From Psychromonas sp. (GTDB lineage: Bacteria; Pseudomonadota; Gammaproteobacteria; Enterobacterales; Psychromonadaceae): DNA of 46,776 bases. Positions within the stretch are counted from its first letter, which is position 1; the number at the start of each line of letters is the position of its first letter. Location of the stretch: contig JAGLDN010000153.1 of the NCBI GenBank assembly GCA_023145575.1, positions 1 to 46,776 of the forward strand. The letters are read 5' to 3'. Below are positions 30,443 to 39,761 of the stretch, one piece after another. The position numbers were made by a program, and so were the translations under genes. The notes below the pieces were generated by a model. That model searched no databases. It was not told the DNA's origin and saw only the letters and a list, made by a program, of their open reading frames with translations.

Positions 30443-32797
30443 ATGAATAATAAAAATTTAGTGGCATTTACCCAATGCATCAAAAAGAGTAGCTTATATC
30501 AAGATTTTGTTGCCGCAATAAGTCACCCTGAAGTAACGCATGTCTCTTTTGATGTATTTGATACATTAGTTAGAAGAAGGTGCCATCTCCCAGAAAAAAT
30601 TTTTACTAAAGTCGTTGAGTGCCTTCCTGCTGATATTTCTGCTAATTTTTCACTAGACGCTACTGAATATCAACAAATACGGAAGGCTGCAGAACGATTA
30701 GCACGACATGATAGTCACAGTGAAGATATACATTTTGATGATATTTTCAAACAAATGATATTACCTCAAGCACACATTGACGTGCTGAAACAAAAAGAAA
30801 TAGAAATAGAAATAGAGCAAAGCTTTGCCGATCCTTTTTGTCACTTATTGATCAAAGCGGTGCAAAAGCTTGATAAGCAAGTGATATTTATATCCGATAT
30901 GTATCTACCTCATGCAATTATTAAACGGTTAATTGATAAATCTTGCAAGCTAACTAATTACCAATTATTTGTATCCTCTGAATTAGGAAAAACTAAGTAC
31001 ACAGGTAGCTTATTTGTGCATGTCTTATCCGAGCTTGGTATTAATGCCAGTAAACTCGTGCACATAGGCGATGACAGACTCGCAGATGTAAATTCACCCA
31101 AGATAATGGATATCAATAGTTTTTTATTTAATACCGACAAAGATTTTCTTGATATTTTGCTTCGAGAAAATAATTATCAAGTTGATTTACCAGCCAAAGT
31201 GAAGTTATCGCGTACTTTAGCAAGCTTATCAATGCCAAAGTATGAAAAAGATAGTCAACAATTTTTTTACCTGATGGGTGCTAGAATACTAGGCCCCATA
31301 TTAACACAAATGAGTCAGTGGGTAGTTGCCAATTGTTTACGATTAAAAGTAGATACGCTATTGAGCATGATGCGAGAAGGAGAAATATTTAAGGAGTGCA
31401 TAAACCGCCATATTAGCTGTCAATCTATTACAGCACTGACCACAGCCAATTTTTATGTTTCTCGACAGTCTACCTACTTACCATCAATGATAAATGCTGA
31501 TATTAAAGAGACTTTAGCTAAAATATTAAATCGTATGGGTTATACAATAGGCGATTTAATGAATGAATTTGAGATTAAGTCCTCACAATTACAGGCTTTT
31601 TCATCATTGCCTGTGAGTAGCTTAAGTAAGTTGGATGTGACAGGTAAAAATGTTTTATCCATCCTGAAAAAGGTCTTTAAGGATGCCTCTGTTAAGGTGA
31701 ACACTCAGATCAAAGAAAATCATCAACTATTTATTAAATACTTAAATCAAACCTTAGATTTTGAAGATGTCGACCAAAGTTTTGCTACCCTAGATTTAGG
31801 CCCAGGTGGCACGATAGCGAAACAATTATCAAAAGCCTCGACATTGCAAGCAAAAGTCAATTTCCAGTTGTTTTCTAGTCAACGCAGTTATGACAAATCT
31901 GTGGACATAGCGATTAAATCATTCTTGCCGCTCCTAGGTAAAAGTCACAAATCCAATGCCATTTTAGCGCGCTCTCCTGAAGTGATTGAGTATTTGCTAG
32001 TGGGAAAATCAGGCACGACCTTGGGCTATCAACGAGACAATGGAAAGGTGCAACCTGTGTGTGAAAAAAGAGAATTGAACGAGGCACAAATCCTTCAATA
32101 TGAGGCGTTTACTGAAGGAGTACGCGCTTTTCAAATTGTCGCTCAGACCTTAAATCTAGAACCTGCAGATGAGAAAGAGCGGGTCAGTTATACGCACCTA
32201 TTATCTCGATTAATTGATTGTCCGGTAAGCGATGAAGTCAAGTTTATGGGGCAATGTCAACATGAGGATAACTTTGGCACTCAAAACAAATACAACATTA
32301 TCAAAGCCGACAATATTAAATATGTTAAAGAAAAAGGCATCAATAAATTTTATATGAATTTTTGTAGGCAACCAAATGAAACTCAACGAAAAATGCCTTG
32401 GCCACAAGGAGTAATAACTCACTTGGAACCGAGTTTTTTAAATACGATTAATCGTGTTAATACTCACAAGGATGTACATTTTAGTGCAGCTCAGGAATTA
32501 ATTACCGTTTTAATCGCGAGCGATATTAACGATATTATTATTTATGGTGCAGGTGATTTTTATTTATATATCAAGCGATTTTTAGCCGAAAACAAAATTA
32601 AAGTGAGTGGCATAATAGATCGTCGAGCTCAGTTTTCGACTTTTAAAATAAATGATATTACGGTTTCTAGCATTCATAATTTTGATTTTTCGAAAACAAA
32701 AACCATTGTAATTGCATCAAGTGCATTTGTCTCTGAAATCAAAGCAGATCTTAGACAAGTAATCGATCTTAAAAAATATAATATTATTAATATTTAA
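30443..32797 (+). CDS. HAD phosphatase + phosphoribosyltransferase-like domain (candidate dual-domain ribofuranosyltransferase) + C-terminal Rossmann-like domain
   Basis: HAD: SFDVFDTL, ISDMY, K, HIGDD..AD. Second domain: MMREG, YVSRQS, PRPP-loop-like DLGPGGT and IEYLL. C-terminal IIIYGAG. Confidence 0.7.
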   Translation: MNNKNLVAFTQCIKKSSLYQDFVAAISHPEVTHVSFDVFDTLVRRRCHLPEKIFTKVVECLPADISANFSLDATEYQQIRKAAERLARHDSHSEDIHFDDIFKQMILPQAHIDVLKQKEIEIEIEQSFADPFCHLLIKAVQKLDKQVIFISDMYLPHAIIKRLIDKSCKLTNYQLFVSSELGKTKYTGSLFVHVLSELGINASKLVHIGDDRLADVNSPKIMDINSFLFNTDKDFLDILLRENNYQVDLPAKVKLSRTLASLSMPKYEKDSQQFFYLMGARILGPILTQMSQWVVANCLRLKVDTLLSMMREGEIFKECINRHISCQSITALTTANFYVSRQSTYLPSMINADIKETLAKILNRMGYTIGDLMNEFEIKSSQLQAFSSLPVSSLSKLDVTGKNVLSILKKVFKDASVKVNTQIKENHQLFIKYLNQTLDFEDVDQSFATLDLGPGGTIAKQLSKASTLQAKVNFQLFSSQRSYDKSVDIAIKSFLPLLGKSHKSNAILARSPEVIEYLLVGKSGTTLGYQRDNGKVQPVCEKRELNEAQILQYEAFTEGVRAFQIVAQTLNLEPADEKERVSYTHLLSRLIDCPVSDEVKFMGQCQHEDNFGTQNKYNIIKADNIKYVKEKGINKFYMNFCRQPNETQRKMPWPQGVITHLEPSFLNTINRVNTHKDVHFSAAQELITVLIASDINDIIIYGAGDFYLYIKRFLAENKIKVSGIIDRRAQFSTFKINDITVSSIHNFDFSKTKTIVIASSAFVSEIKADLRQVIDLKKYNIINI

Positions 32798-32809
32798 AGG
32801 AATGCCCGT

Positions 32810-34162
32810 ATGAAATCAACCCCTCTCGTCAGTATTGTTATCCCTTGTTATCAACAGCAAGATTTATTGTTGCGTGCGCTCAATTCAGTTGCAAAACAAC
32901 ATTATGATAATATCGAAGTTATCGTGGTCGATGATGGCAGTGAACCTCCTATTGTGATCAATTGGCCTCAATTTGATTTTACAGTTAAAAATATTAGGCA
33001 AGAAAATAAAGGGTTATCTAATGCGAGAAACACTGGGTTGTCTAAAGCAAGTGGTAAATACATAAAATTCCTAGATGCTGATGATAAGTTATTGCCAAAC
33101 TGCATAGAAGATCAAGTCAATAGTTTACCAGATAATAACCATTTTATTAGTGTTATCGGTTATATTGAACACCAAGAAGAAACGCAATGTGAATACAGCG
33201 TTATCCCTGCCTTTACCGATGGTTTATCTGCGTTATTGCTTGTTAATATCGGGCCACCACACGCATTTTTATATACAACTCAAAGCGTCAACAGCATCGG
33301 TGGATTTTATGAAGGTGATCGTGTAGATGGTGGTCATGAAGATTATGATCTGCTCTTTAGATTGATGATCAGTGGCATGTCCCTCATAAGCGTTCACAAA
33401 AACGGCGTGATTTACTATAAAAGAGCTGGATCGATGTCAACGATTAAACGAAGGATGGATCGCACGCTAACAAAAGTTTGGATTTATAATGTTCGACAAT
33501 TATGTCGGCAACAGGTGACGCTATCACAAACGCTATTTCTGTCTTTATTAACTGGCTATTGTCACTTAATAGAAATTACGTCACCAGAATGCTTAGCACC
33601 AATACTGGAAATTGAAGCGGAGATAATAGAATATTTAATTCATTTTATGCCTAAAACACTCGATGCTGAATTATCGTTATTGACTAAAAGGTTTTCACTC
33701 ACGAATAGAGTGCCAAAACTTGTCTCAATGATATCATTGACCAATTCGTATACAGACAACCCCATTCTCATTAATAATCAAGAAATTAATAATTGCAGAG
33801 TGAATTTAATGCAATACAATAGCGTTAATTCGACGTTAGAACAACACTATAGCATTCATCCAACGTTAGATTGGTTACAGGAAATCCTCTCTGCCGTCGC
33901 CTGCCATGAAGGATCAATCGCAGTCTATGGCGCGGGTGATTTTGGTCGCAAAATCGTTACCTTACTCTGTACTATCAACCGGCATCCTATTATAATATTT
34001 GATAGAAACCACAATCAATTTAACGCAATAAACAATATCGAAGTAGTTTCTCCTGATAATATAAACAACTATGATCTAGCACTTGTTATAGTTGCATCAC
34101 TTTTATTTAGATCTGAAATATTATCTAAACTTGATGCTTTCTCCCTTTTTGACAAAGTGTAA
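32810..34162 (+). CDS. GT2 family glycosyltransferase with C-terminal Rossmann-like domain
   Basis: VSIVIPCY, VVDDGS, GLSNARN.G, FLDADD and EDYDL; C-terminal IAVYGAGDFG. Confidence 0.9.
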   Translation: MKSTPLVSIVIPCYQQQDLLLRALNSVAKQHYDNIEVIVVDDGSEPPIVINWPQFDFTVKNIRQENKGLSNARNTGLSKASGKYIKFLDADDKLLPNCIEDQVNSLPDNNHFISVIGYIEHQEETQCEYSVIPAFTDGLSALLLVNIGPPHAFLYTTQSVNSIGGFYEGDRVDGGHEDYDLLFRLMISGMSLISVHKNGVIYYKRAGSMSTIKRRMDRTLTKVWIYNVRQLCRQQVTLSQTLFLSLLTGYCHLIEITSPECLAPILEIEAEIIEYLIHFMPKTLDAELSLLTKRFSLTNRVPKLVSMISLTNSYTDNPILINNQEINNCRVNLMQYNSVNSTLEQHYSIHPTLDWLQEILSAVACHEGSIAVYGAGDFGRKIVTLLCTINRHPIIIFDRNHNQFNAINNIEVVSPDNINNYDLALVIVASLLFRSEILSKLDAFSLFDKV

Positions 34163-34174
34163 AGTGAGATACAA

Positions 34175-34915
34175 ATGAAAAGTTATATAAATGAAATCAT
34201 TGAAAAAGCTGCAAATAAGAAAATTATTTCAGTTGATATTTTTGATACCTTGCTTCTCCGTTGCGCTAATAGCGAAGTAACACGCTTTTTCAAGGCCGCA
34301 ACTGCATTAAAAGAATCCTCCCCAGAGCTTAAAATAGATAGATATAAAGTTTTCACCACTAGACACAAGGCGCATCACTCATTATATGCTCTCTATCATC
34401 AAGGTATCCTAAGCGAACCAAACATTGAGAGTATTTTTAATTACCAAATTAATTTATTAAAAAATAAACAACTTACTTTAGAATTATTTTTAGATGCTGA
34501 AACTAAAATTGAACTCGAGTCGTTGAGTCTTAATCAACCTTTACTAAAAGCATTAGAAGTCCTAAGTGCCAGTTCGAAAATTGTATTATTATCTGATATG
34601 TATCTGACCAGTAAATTTATTAAAAACATACTTGACGCTAAAAATGTTAATCTAAAATATGACCTTCACGTTAGTAATGAAATAAAAAAATCAAAGGCTA
34701 AGGGTGATGCATACCCTTGGTTAATAGATAAATACGGTGTTTCTCCCGAGGATATTCTGCACATGGGGGATAATTATAATTCAGATGTTCTTTCAGCAGA
34801 TAAGTTCTCAATTTCCGCCATACATACTCCCAGATCAGAGATGTTTTATTTTAAACAGCGATTCTTGAATGATCGTTATGATCCCAAATTTAGGAAATAT
34901 ATCGATGAGCGTTGA
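34175..34915 (+). CDS. Stand-alone HAD phosphatase (paralog of the 30443 N-domain)
   Basis: ISVDIFDTLLLR, LSDMY, SK and LHMGDNYNSDV. Confidence 0.85.
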   Translation: MKSYINEIIEKAANKKIISVDIFDTLLLRCANSEVTRFFKAATALKESSPELKIDRYKVFTTRHKAHHSLYALYHQGILSEPNIESIFNYQINLLKNKQLTLELFLDAETKIELESLSLNQPLLKALEVLSASSKIVLLSDMYLTSKFIKNILDAKNVNLKYDLHVSNEIKKSKAKGDAYPWLIDKYGVSPEDILHMGDNYNSDVLSADKFSISAIHTPRSEMFYFKQRFLNDRYDPKFRKYIDER

Positions 34916-35696
34916 TGAATACTACAATGATGCATTCTATGAAGATCAAGCAAAACTGTCTTATCAATCAGCGCAGATTGTGCTTAAATATGTTTTTGCA
35001 CATATTGTATCAGCGACGAGTTTGCTTGACATAGGCTGTGGCACAGGCAGTTGGTTATCTGCGGCTACACAGCTCGGCGTTAAAAATATTTTAGGTTTAG
35101 ATAGTTCAAGCTCTGTTGCCAATAAATTAATGATCGACAAAAATAACTGGCAACAAACCGATATTAGTCAACCAATCTCATTACACCGAAAATTTGACCT
35201 CGCCATGTCAATGGAAGTTGCCGAACATATTAATATAGACTTCCATGAGTGTTTCATAAACAATCTAACCCAACATGCAGATACAATCCTTTTTTCTGCC
35301 GCATTACCTTATCAGGGAGGTACGGGACATCAAAGTGAAAACTGGCCACAATATTGGGCCGCGCTTTTTTCTGAAAAAGGTTATGACTGTTACGACATTA
35401 TCAGGCATAACATTTGGAACAACCCTGAAATTCAATTTTGGTACAAGCAAAATATTTTTATTTTTGCCAAACAATCATTACGAAGTAGCTTTAATAAGCG
35501 CAACTTGTTTCATACCAACAATATAATGAGTTTGATTCATCCTGAGATGTATTTATGGGCAATGGCTAGAAATAATACTGAGCAGGAAAAACAACATAAC
35601 AGAGACTTAACCTATTATCTTGCTATTACAGAAGGTCAAGAACAGTCAAGAAAGGAGCCGATATCATATGGTAAAGAATTCGAAAATAAATTCTGA
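34905..35696 (+). CDS. Class I SAM-dependent methyltransferase
   Basis: LLDIGCGTG, FDLAMSMEVAEH, FSAA.P.QGG.GH and WYKQN. Start ATG 34905 likely; ORF track gives 34869. Confidence 0.9.
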   Translation: MSVDEYYNDAFYEDQAKLSYQSAQIVLKYVFAHIVSATSLLDIGCGTGSWLSAATQLGVKNILGLDSSSSVANKLMIDKNNWQQTDISQPISLHRKFDLAMSMEVAEHINIDFHECFINNLTQHADTILFSAALPYQGGTGHQSENWPQYWAALFSEKGYDCYDIIRHNIWNNPEIQFWYKQNIFIFAKQSLRSSFNKRNLFHTNNIMSLIHPEMYLWAMARNNTEQEKQHNRDLTYYLAITEGQEQSRKEPISYGKEFENKF

Positions 35697-36855
35697 TAAT
35701 TTCTATTACAAGGTAATTGGTCCGTACATGTATGAGTGCTCCATGCGTTTATACGCGCTCATCCAAACACTCAATGAAAATAAAACGTTAAGAGTATATT
35801 TTTGTACCCGCGCAGGTATTACACTTCAACATATGTTAGATATGTTCATGAAAAAAAATAATTTAGTCTTAAATGTCGAGTTAGTGACCTTACCAGTTTC
35901 AAGGTTATCCGTTTTTATCGCATTGATAGGAGACTCACCCTTATATGCTGGGCAACAAGGTTCATTACTCTTCCCTGGCAAAAAGATAAAACAAATAATT
36001 AACTATTTACATAAAGGTAGAGAGAAAATAAATGTACAAGACTATATTAAGTTAATTCCTAAATCGATACTAACAATGAAGATCAGTCCTTGGTCTATAA
36101 GAGAATGGAGGAACTTTGACAGAGATAATATAAGTAATCAAATGTCATTTACAAAATATTCACAGCAACAAAAAGCTTTACTGAGTGAATACTTCCCTTC
36201 CGATATAGATCTTCATCTTATTGTTGATTCTGGCTTATACGGATCGACTATTGAAATGCTCTCTGCAATCGAATCTGATAAAAAAATCCTTGGTGCAATG
36301 GTTTACTTTTCAAATTACCGGTACGCGAACCCCGTTCCTCACTTTGATAATTGTACCGGATTAATGGCATTCTCTGGTAACGTCAATTTTGACATACCAC
36401 ACTCTTCAGTATTGCTACACTGGCACCTTATCGAAAATATATTAGAACCACAAAATATGAGTTCGATTACAAGTTTACCTGCAAATGTTAATATTCAAGA
36501 CATCAAATATAACAGCAATACCCAACAAGTTTTTAACTATTTTAATAGTGACAATAATTATGATATTAAAGAGGTTTTGTATCGCTTGATGAAAATCCTT
36601 GCAATACCAACAAAGGAAAACATTAAACAAATATATACAAGTCAAGTGTGTAACGATGTTGATGGCACATTACTAAACGTTATTCTCTCGCAAGAATTAC
36701 AGAAAAAGGTGAAGGCAAGAGATAAACTAAGTCACTATCGCGTTGGAATTATTAATAGAAGCTTATGGAAACCTGCACAAAGAGTGATATCTTATGGCAT
36801 ATGGGGGTATATGTTTAATTTATTTACATGGTATTATAAAAGATATATAAAATGA
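35668..36855 (+). CDS. Stand-alone glycan phosphoribosyltransferase-like protein (paralog of the 30443 middle domain)
   Basis: IGP, YFCTRAG, PVSRLS, IVDSGLYGST, LIENILE and LW.P parallel LGP, MMREG, YVSRQS, DLGPGGT, IEYLL and W in the 30443 protein. Start ATG 35668 likely. Confidence 0.6.
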   Translation: MVKNSKINSDNFYYKVIGPYMYECSMRLYALIQTLNENKTLRVYFCTRAGITLQHMLDMFMKKNNLVLNVELVTLPVSRLSVFIALIGDSPLYAGQQGSLLFPGKKIKQIINYLHKGREKINVQDYIKLIPKSILTMKISPWSIREWRNFDRDNISNQMSFTKYSQQQKALLSEYFPSDIDLHLIVDSGLYGSTIEMLSAIESDKKILGAMVYFSNYRYANPVPHFDNCTGLMAFSGNVNFDIPHSSVLLHWHLIENILEPQNMSSITSLPANVNIQDIKYNSNTQQVFNYFNSDNNYDIKEVLYRLMKILAIPTKENIKQIYTSQVCNDVDGTLLNVILSQELQKKVKARDKLSHYRVGIINRSLWKPAQRVISYGIWGYMFNLFTWYYKRYIK

Positions 36856-38867
36856 CTAAAAAAACAATGATAAAGAAATCCGTAATAGAAATCTTTATCA
36901 GTGGCTCTAAAAATGCCCGCGACTATCCTCTGGGCACTAATATAACCACTTCTTTTTTAATGATTAAAAATAAAATAACTTATACATCACCTGCTTCAAC
37001 AAGGGTAATAGGCTTTCGTACTTACCCTGCCGCTTATTCACACCATCTTATTGATTTAATGCGTATCATTGAATGTCATATGAAGGTGAAATTATATTTT
37101 ATAATCAGCATTAATGAATTTAACCAAGATCCTGATTGGTATATTACACATACCGCTGGTTTTAATTTGTTGCTATGTGATGATGAACAATTTAGTCTAC
37201 TATATTTTTTTGATATTGTTTTCTTACAAGAAAATTATCTTTATAATACAAATGTTTTACCACAAAACGTTGCCAAAATTGGTTTGGCGCATGGCGTAGA
37301 TGTTGACTTAAGCATGTCATTAACATTATTTGGTGGTGCTTTTGAATATGACTATTTATTGCTTAGTAAAGCACCAAACAAGCACACTTTCGGGGAATAT
37401 TTAGACACTTTTCCCAGTCAATTACGAGATCACTGTAGTAGTAACATTACTTTGATCCCTTTTGGAAGTCCTAAACTTGATCGAATGATCAAAGCAGTTA
37501 ATCTGACGAGTCAATCCGCAATTATTTATCATCTATCTCATCTTTCAATGGAAGCTGAATGGGTTCTTGACGTGATTTACCCAACGTTGTTGTTGTTACT
37601 AAAAAACTTTCCCAATAATCAAATCATTTTTAGACCATTTCCAAAATATATTAATAGTGATTTTATCAGAGATCTTGAATTAAGTTTCTCGACATATCCT
37701 AATTTTTTCTTAAGCAAAGGGGCCTCATATATTGATGATTATGCAAAGGGTGCAGTGATGATAGCCCACAGAAAATATGATGAGCATTTATTTAATTTAG
37801 CGACAGGTTTTAAGACGATAATCTATGAGCCGAATCAGTCAATGCTAACACTTGAACCGTCAATAAAACCTGATTATATTATCTATAGTAATACGGATTT
37901 AGTGACGCAAGTCAAATACTGCTTGGAATTTGCAAAAACAATCATGCCAGACAATCGATTTGATATTGCCAAACAAGCGGGTATTTATAATGTAGGAAAA
38001 TCTTTGAATGCACTTATTAGTGCGATTGAAACGATTTTGAGAAAGCAAGACCCCCCCGATACCTGGCCGATAATTGCGCTACAATCTGATGTAGATATAC
38101 CATTAAACACCTTACTGAAAATATATCTTTATAGCGGCCTTCCATTTCATAGCATCGCACTTATAGCGGCAAGCAAATTCCCAAAAAGTGTTATATTTCA
38201 ATTATTGGTTAGTGAGGCTTGTTCAAGATGCTTTAGTTTTGAAGGTGAATATTGGACAATAGCATTTGATGCTTTTTATAATGCCATCAATCACGTAAAC
38301 CTGTCCCCTGTTATGAAACATATGTTAACGCATTGGTGGATATTAAATGGTGATAAATTGATGCAAAGACATCAAATAGAATTACAAATGCGCGAGGCTA
38401 AACTCAGGAAAAAAGAGATTTTCATCATTAAGCAAATGGAAACAATAACACGCAGATTACAAAATATAGCAGGGAGTTACGAGTATTTTCTTGAAAATAT
38501 TGAAACAAGTTGCATTTATGAGTTAGGGTCTAAATCTGAAACTCTGAGTCTGTCTCTTATCGGATCAGAGGAATTAGCAGTATCATTTATTCAATGGAAT
38601 AATATTCACAAACGCCATCATATTGTCAGTGTTCATCATTTAGATGCCGAAAAGCACGGCAGTAAATTTTATCAATATACTATCGAAAGCCTTACATCTC
38701 TTGCACAAAAAAAAAATCCTATTTTAATTTGTTATAAAGAGCTTTATAAAAATGTTTATCTGTATTTAAGACGAACCCAGCACTACACACAAGACATCTT
38801 ATTTTGGGATAATAACCCTTGCTGGAAAGCATTAACGATACCCATGTTAGCGAAAGATACTTTGTGA
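36852..38867 (+). CDS. Hypothetical protein with divergent TagF/GT-B-like motifs (candidate CDP-donor phosphotransferase)
   Basis: 671-aa ORF; IGLAHG, PFGSPKLD, IIY and IIFRPFP occur in the order of TagF HG / GYPR.D / IYAPT / K.HP. C-terminal Rossmann-like segment. Confidence 0.5.
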   Translation: MTKKTMIKKSVIEIFISGSKNARDYPLGTNITTSFLMIKNKITYTSPASTRVIGFRTYPAAYSHHLIDLMRIIECHMKVKLYFIISINEFNQDPDWYITHTAGFNLLLCDDEQFSLLYFFDIVFLQENYLYNTNVLPQNVAKIGLAHGVDVDLSMSLTLFGGAFEYDYLLLSKAPNKHTFGEYLDTFPSQLRDHCSSNITLIPFGSPKLDRMIKAVNLTSQSAIIYHLSHLSMEAEWVLDVIYPTLLLLLKNFPNNQIIFRPFPKYINSDFIRDLELSFSTYPNFFLSKGASYIDDYAKGAVMIAHRKYDEHLFNLATGFKTIIYEPNQSMLTLEPSIKPDYIIYSNTDLVTQVKYCLEFAKTIMPDNRFDIAKQAGIYNVGKSLNALISAIETILRKQDPPDTWPIIALQSDVDIPLNTLLKIYLYSGLPFHSIALIAASKFPKSVIFQLLVSEACSRCFSFEGEYWTIAFDAFYNAINHVNLSPVMKHMLTHWWILNGDKLMQRHQIELQMREAKLRKKEIFIIKQMETITRRLQNIAGSYEYFLENIETSCIYELGSKSETLSLSLIGSEELAVSFIQWNNIHKRHHIVSVHHLDAEKHGSKFYQYTIESLTSLAQKKNPILICYKELYKNVYLYLRRTQHYTQDILFWDNNPCWKALTIPMLAKDTL

Positions 38868-38989
38868 TATTAAGCGACAATTAACTTGCCCGATCCGCGA
38901 CAACTAACGCGACCAATTTTGGTAAACTTCAGACACGTTTAATCACTAAGATATTTTACATGCCTAAACATCGAATGATCTTTTAAGGG

Positions 38990-39480
38990 ATCCTTTACTA
39001 TTTAGTCGCCATAACGGACATTAAGGCAAGACATTTATAGGTGTTTAAATACCACCACTGTTTGCCCTGAGACCACACCTAAAGCAGTGCAATATGGCGA
39101 TAAAGATAAGACCCATGTCGTGTACATGTTGCAATACCAATTATTACCTTGCCATCGCGTGAAAGCACTTTTTTTAGCCAAATGGGCTTCACTATTTGGG
39201 TATCGCTATTGGTGTTGTCTCACTCTATAATTTTAATAAAATAGTTTATTAAGCCCTTAGTAATTTTAAAAAATAAGTAAAAGCATTGGTAGGCGCGACG
39301 ATTACACATGTTGATGAAGCAGGCGTAAACATTGCAGATCAGGATCACTGGCTACACTTAACTTCAAATGAAGCGTGGACTTTTTGCTACCCTCATAAAA
39401 AGCGCGTCATACCCACTGAAATGATCCCATTTCATGAATATAGCCATGTTACAGTAAGGTGCACTCTCTGCCATTAACTC
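38990..39480 (+). mobile_element. IS66-family TnpC transposase remnant
   Basis: Fragments PKAVQYG, HVVYMLQYQLLP..R and HVDEAGVNI...HWLHLTSNEAWTFCYPHKKR; frameshifted; boundaries approximate. Confidence 0.75.
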
Positions 39481-39761
39481 AGATGGCAGGTCAAGGCACA
39501 ACATGTGGAAGTAGATACTCCCTTTTACATTGTTGAGCCTAAAGCTGCATTTCGACAAAAGTACAAACTTGTGAACATAAAGCATACAGTTCAATTAGAC
39601 CAGTATATGATATTACGGTATTATGGGTTGTCAACTTTATACTTTTAGCTAAGCCTCAACTCTGCCCGTGGTCAATTTCACGGTTTATCGAAGATGTACG
39701 CTTTAATTATAATTCTCTAAAGTAGTTGCAATTATTATTTATATAACTTTAAAGGTTTAAC

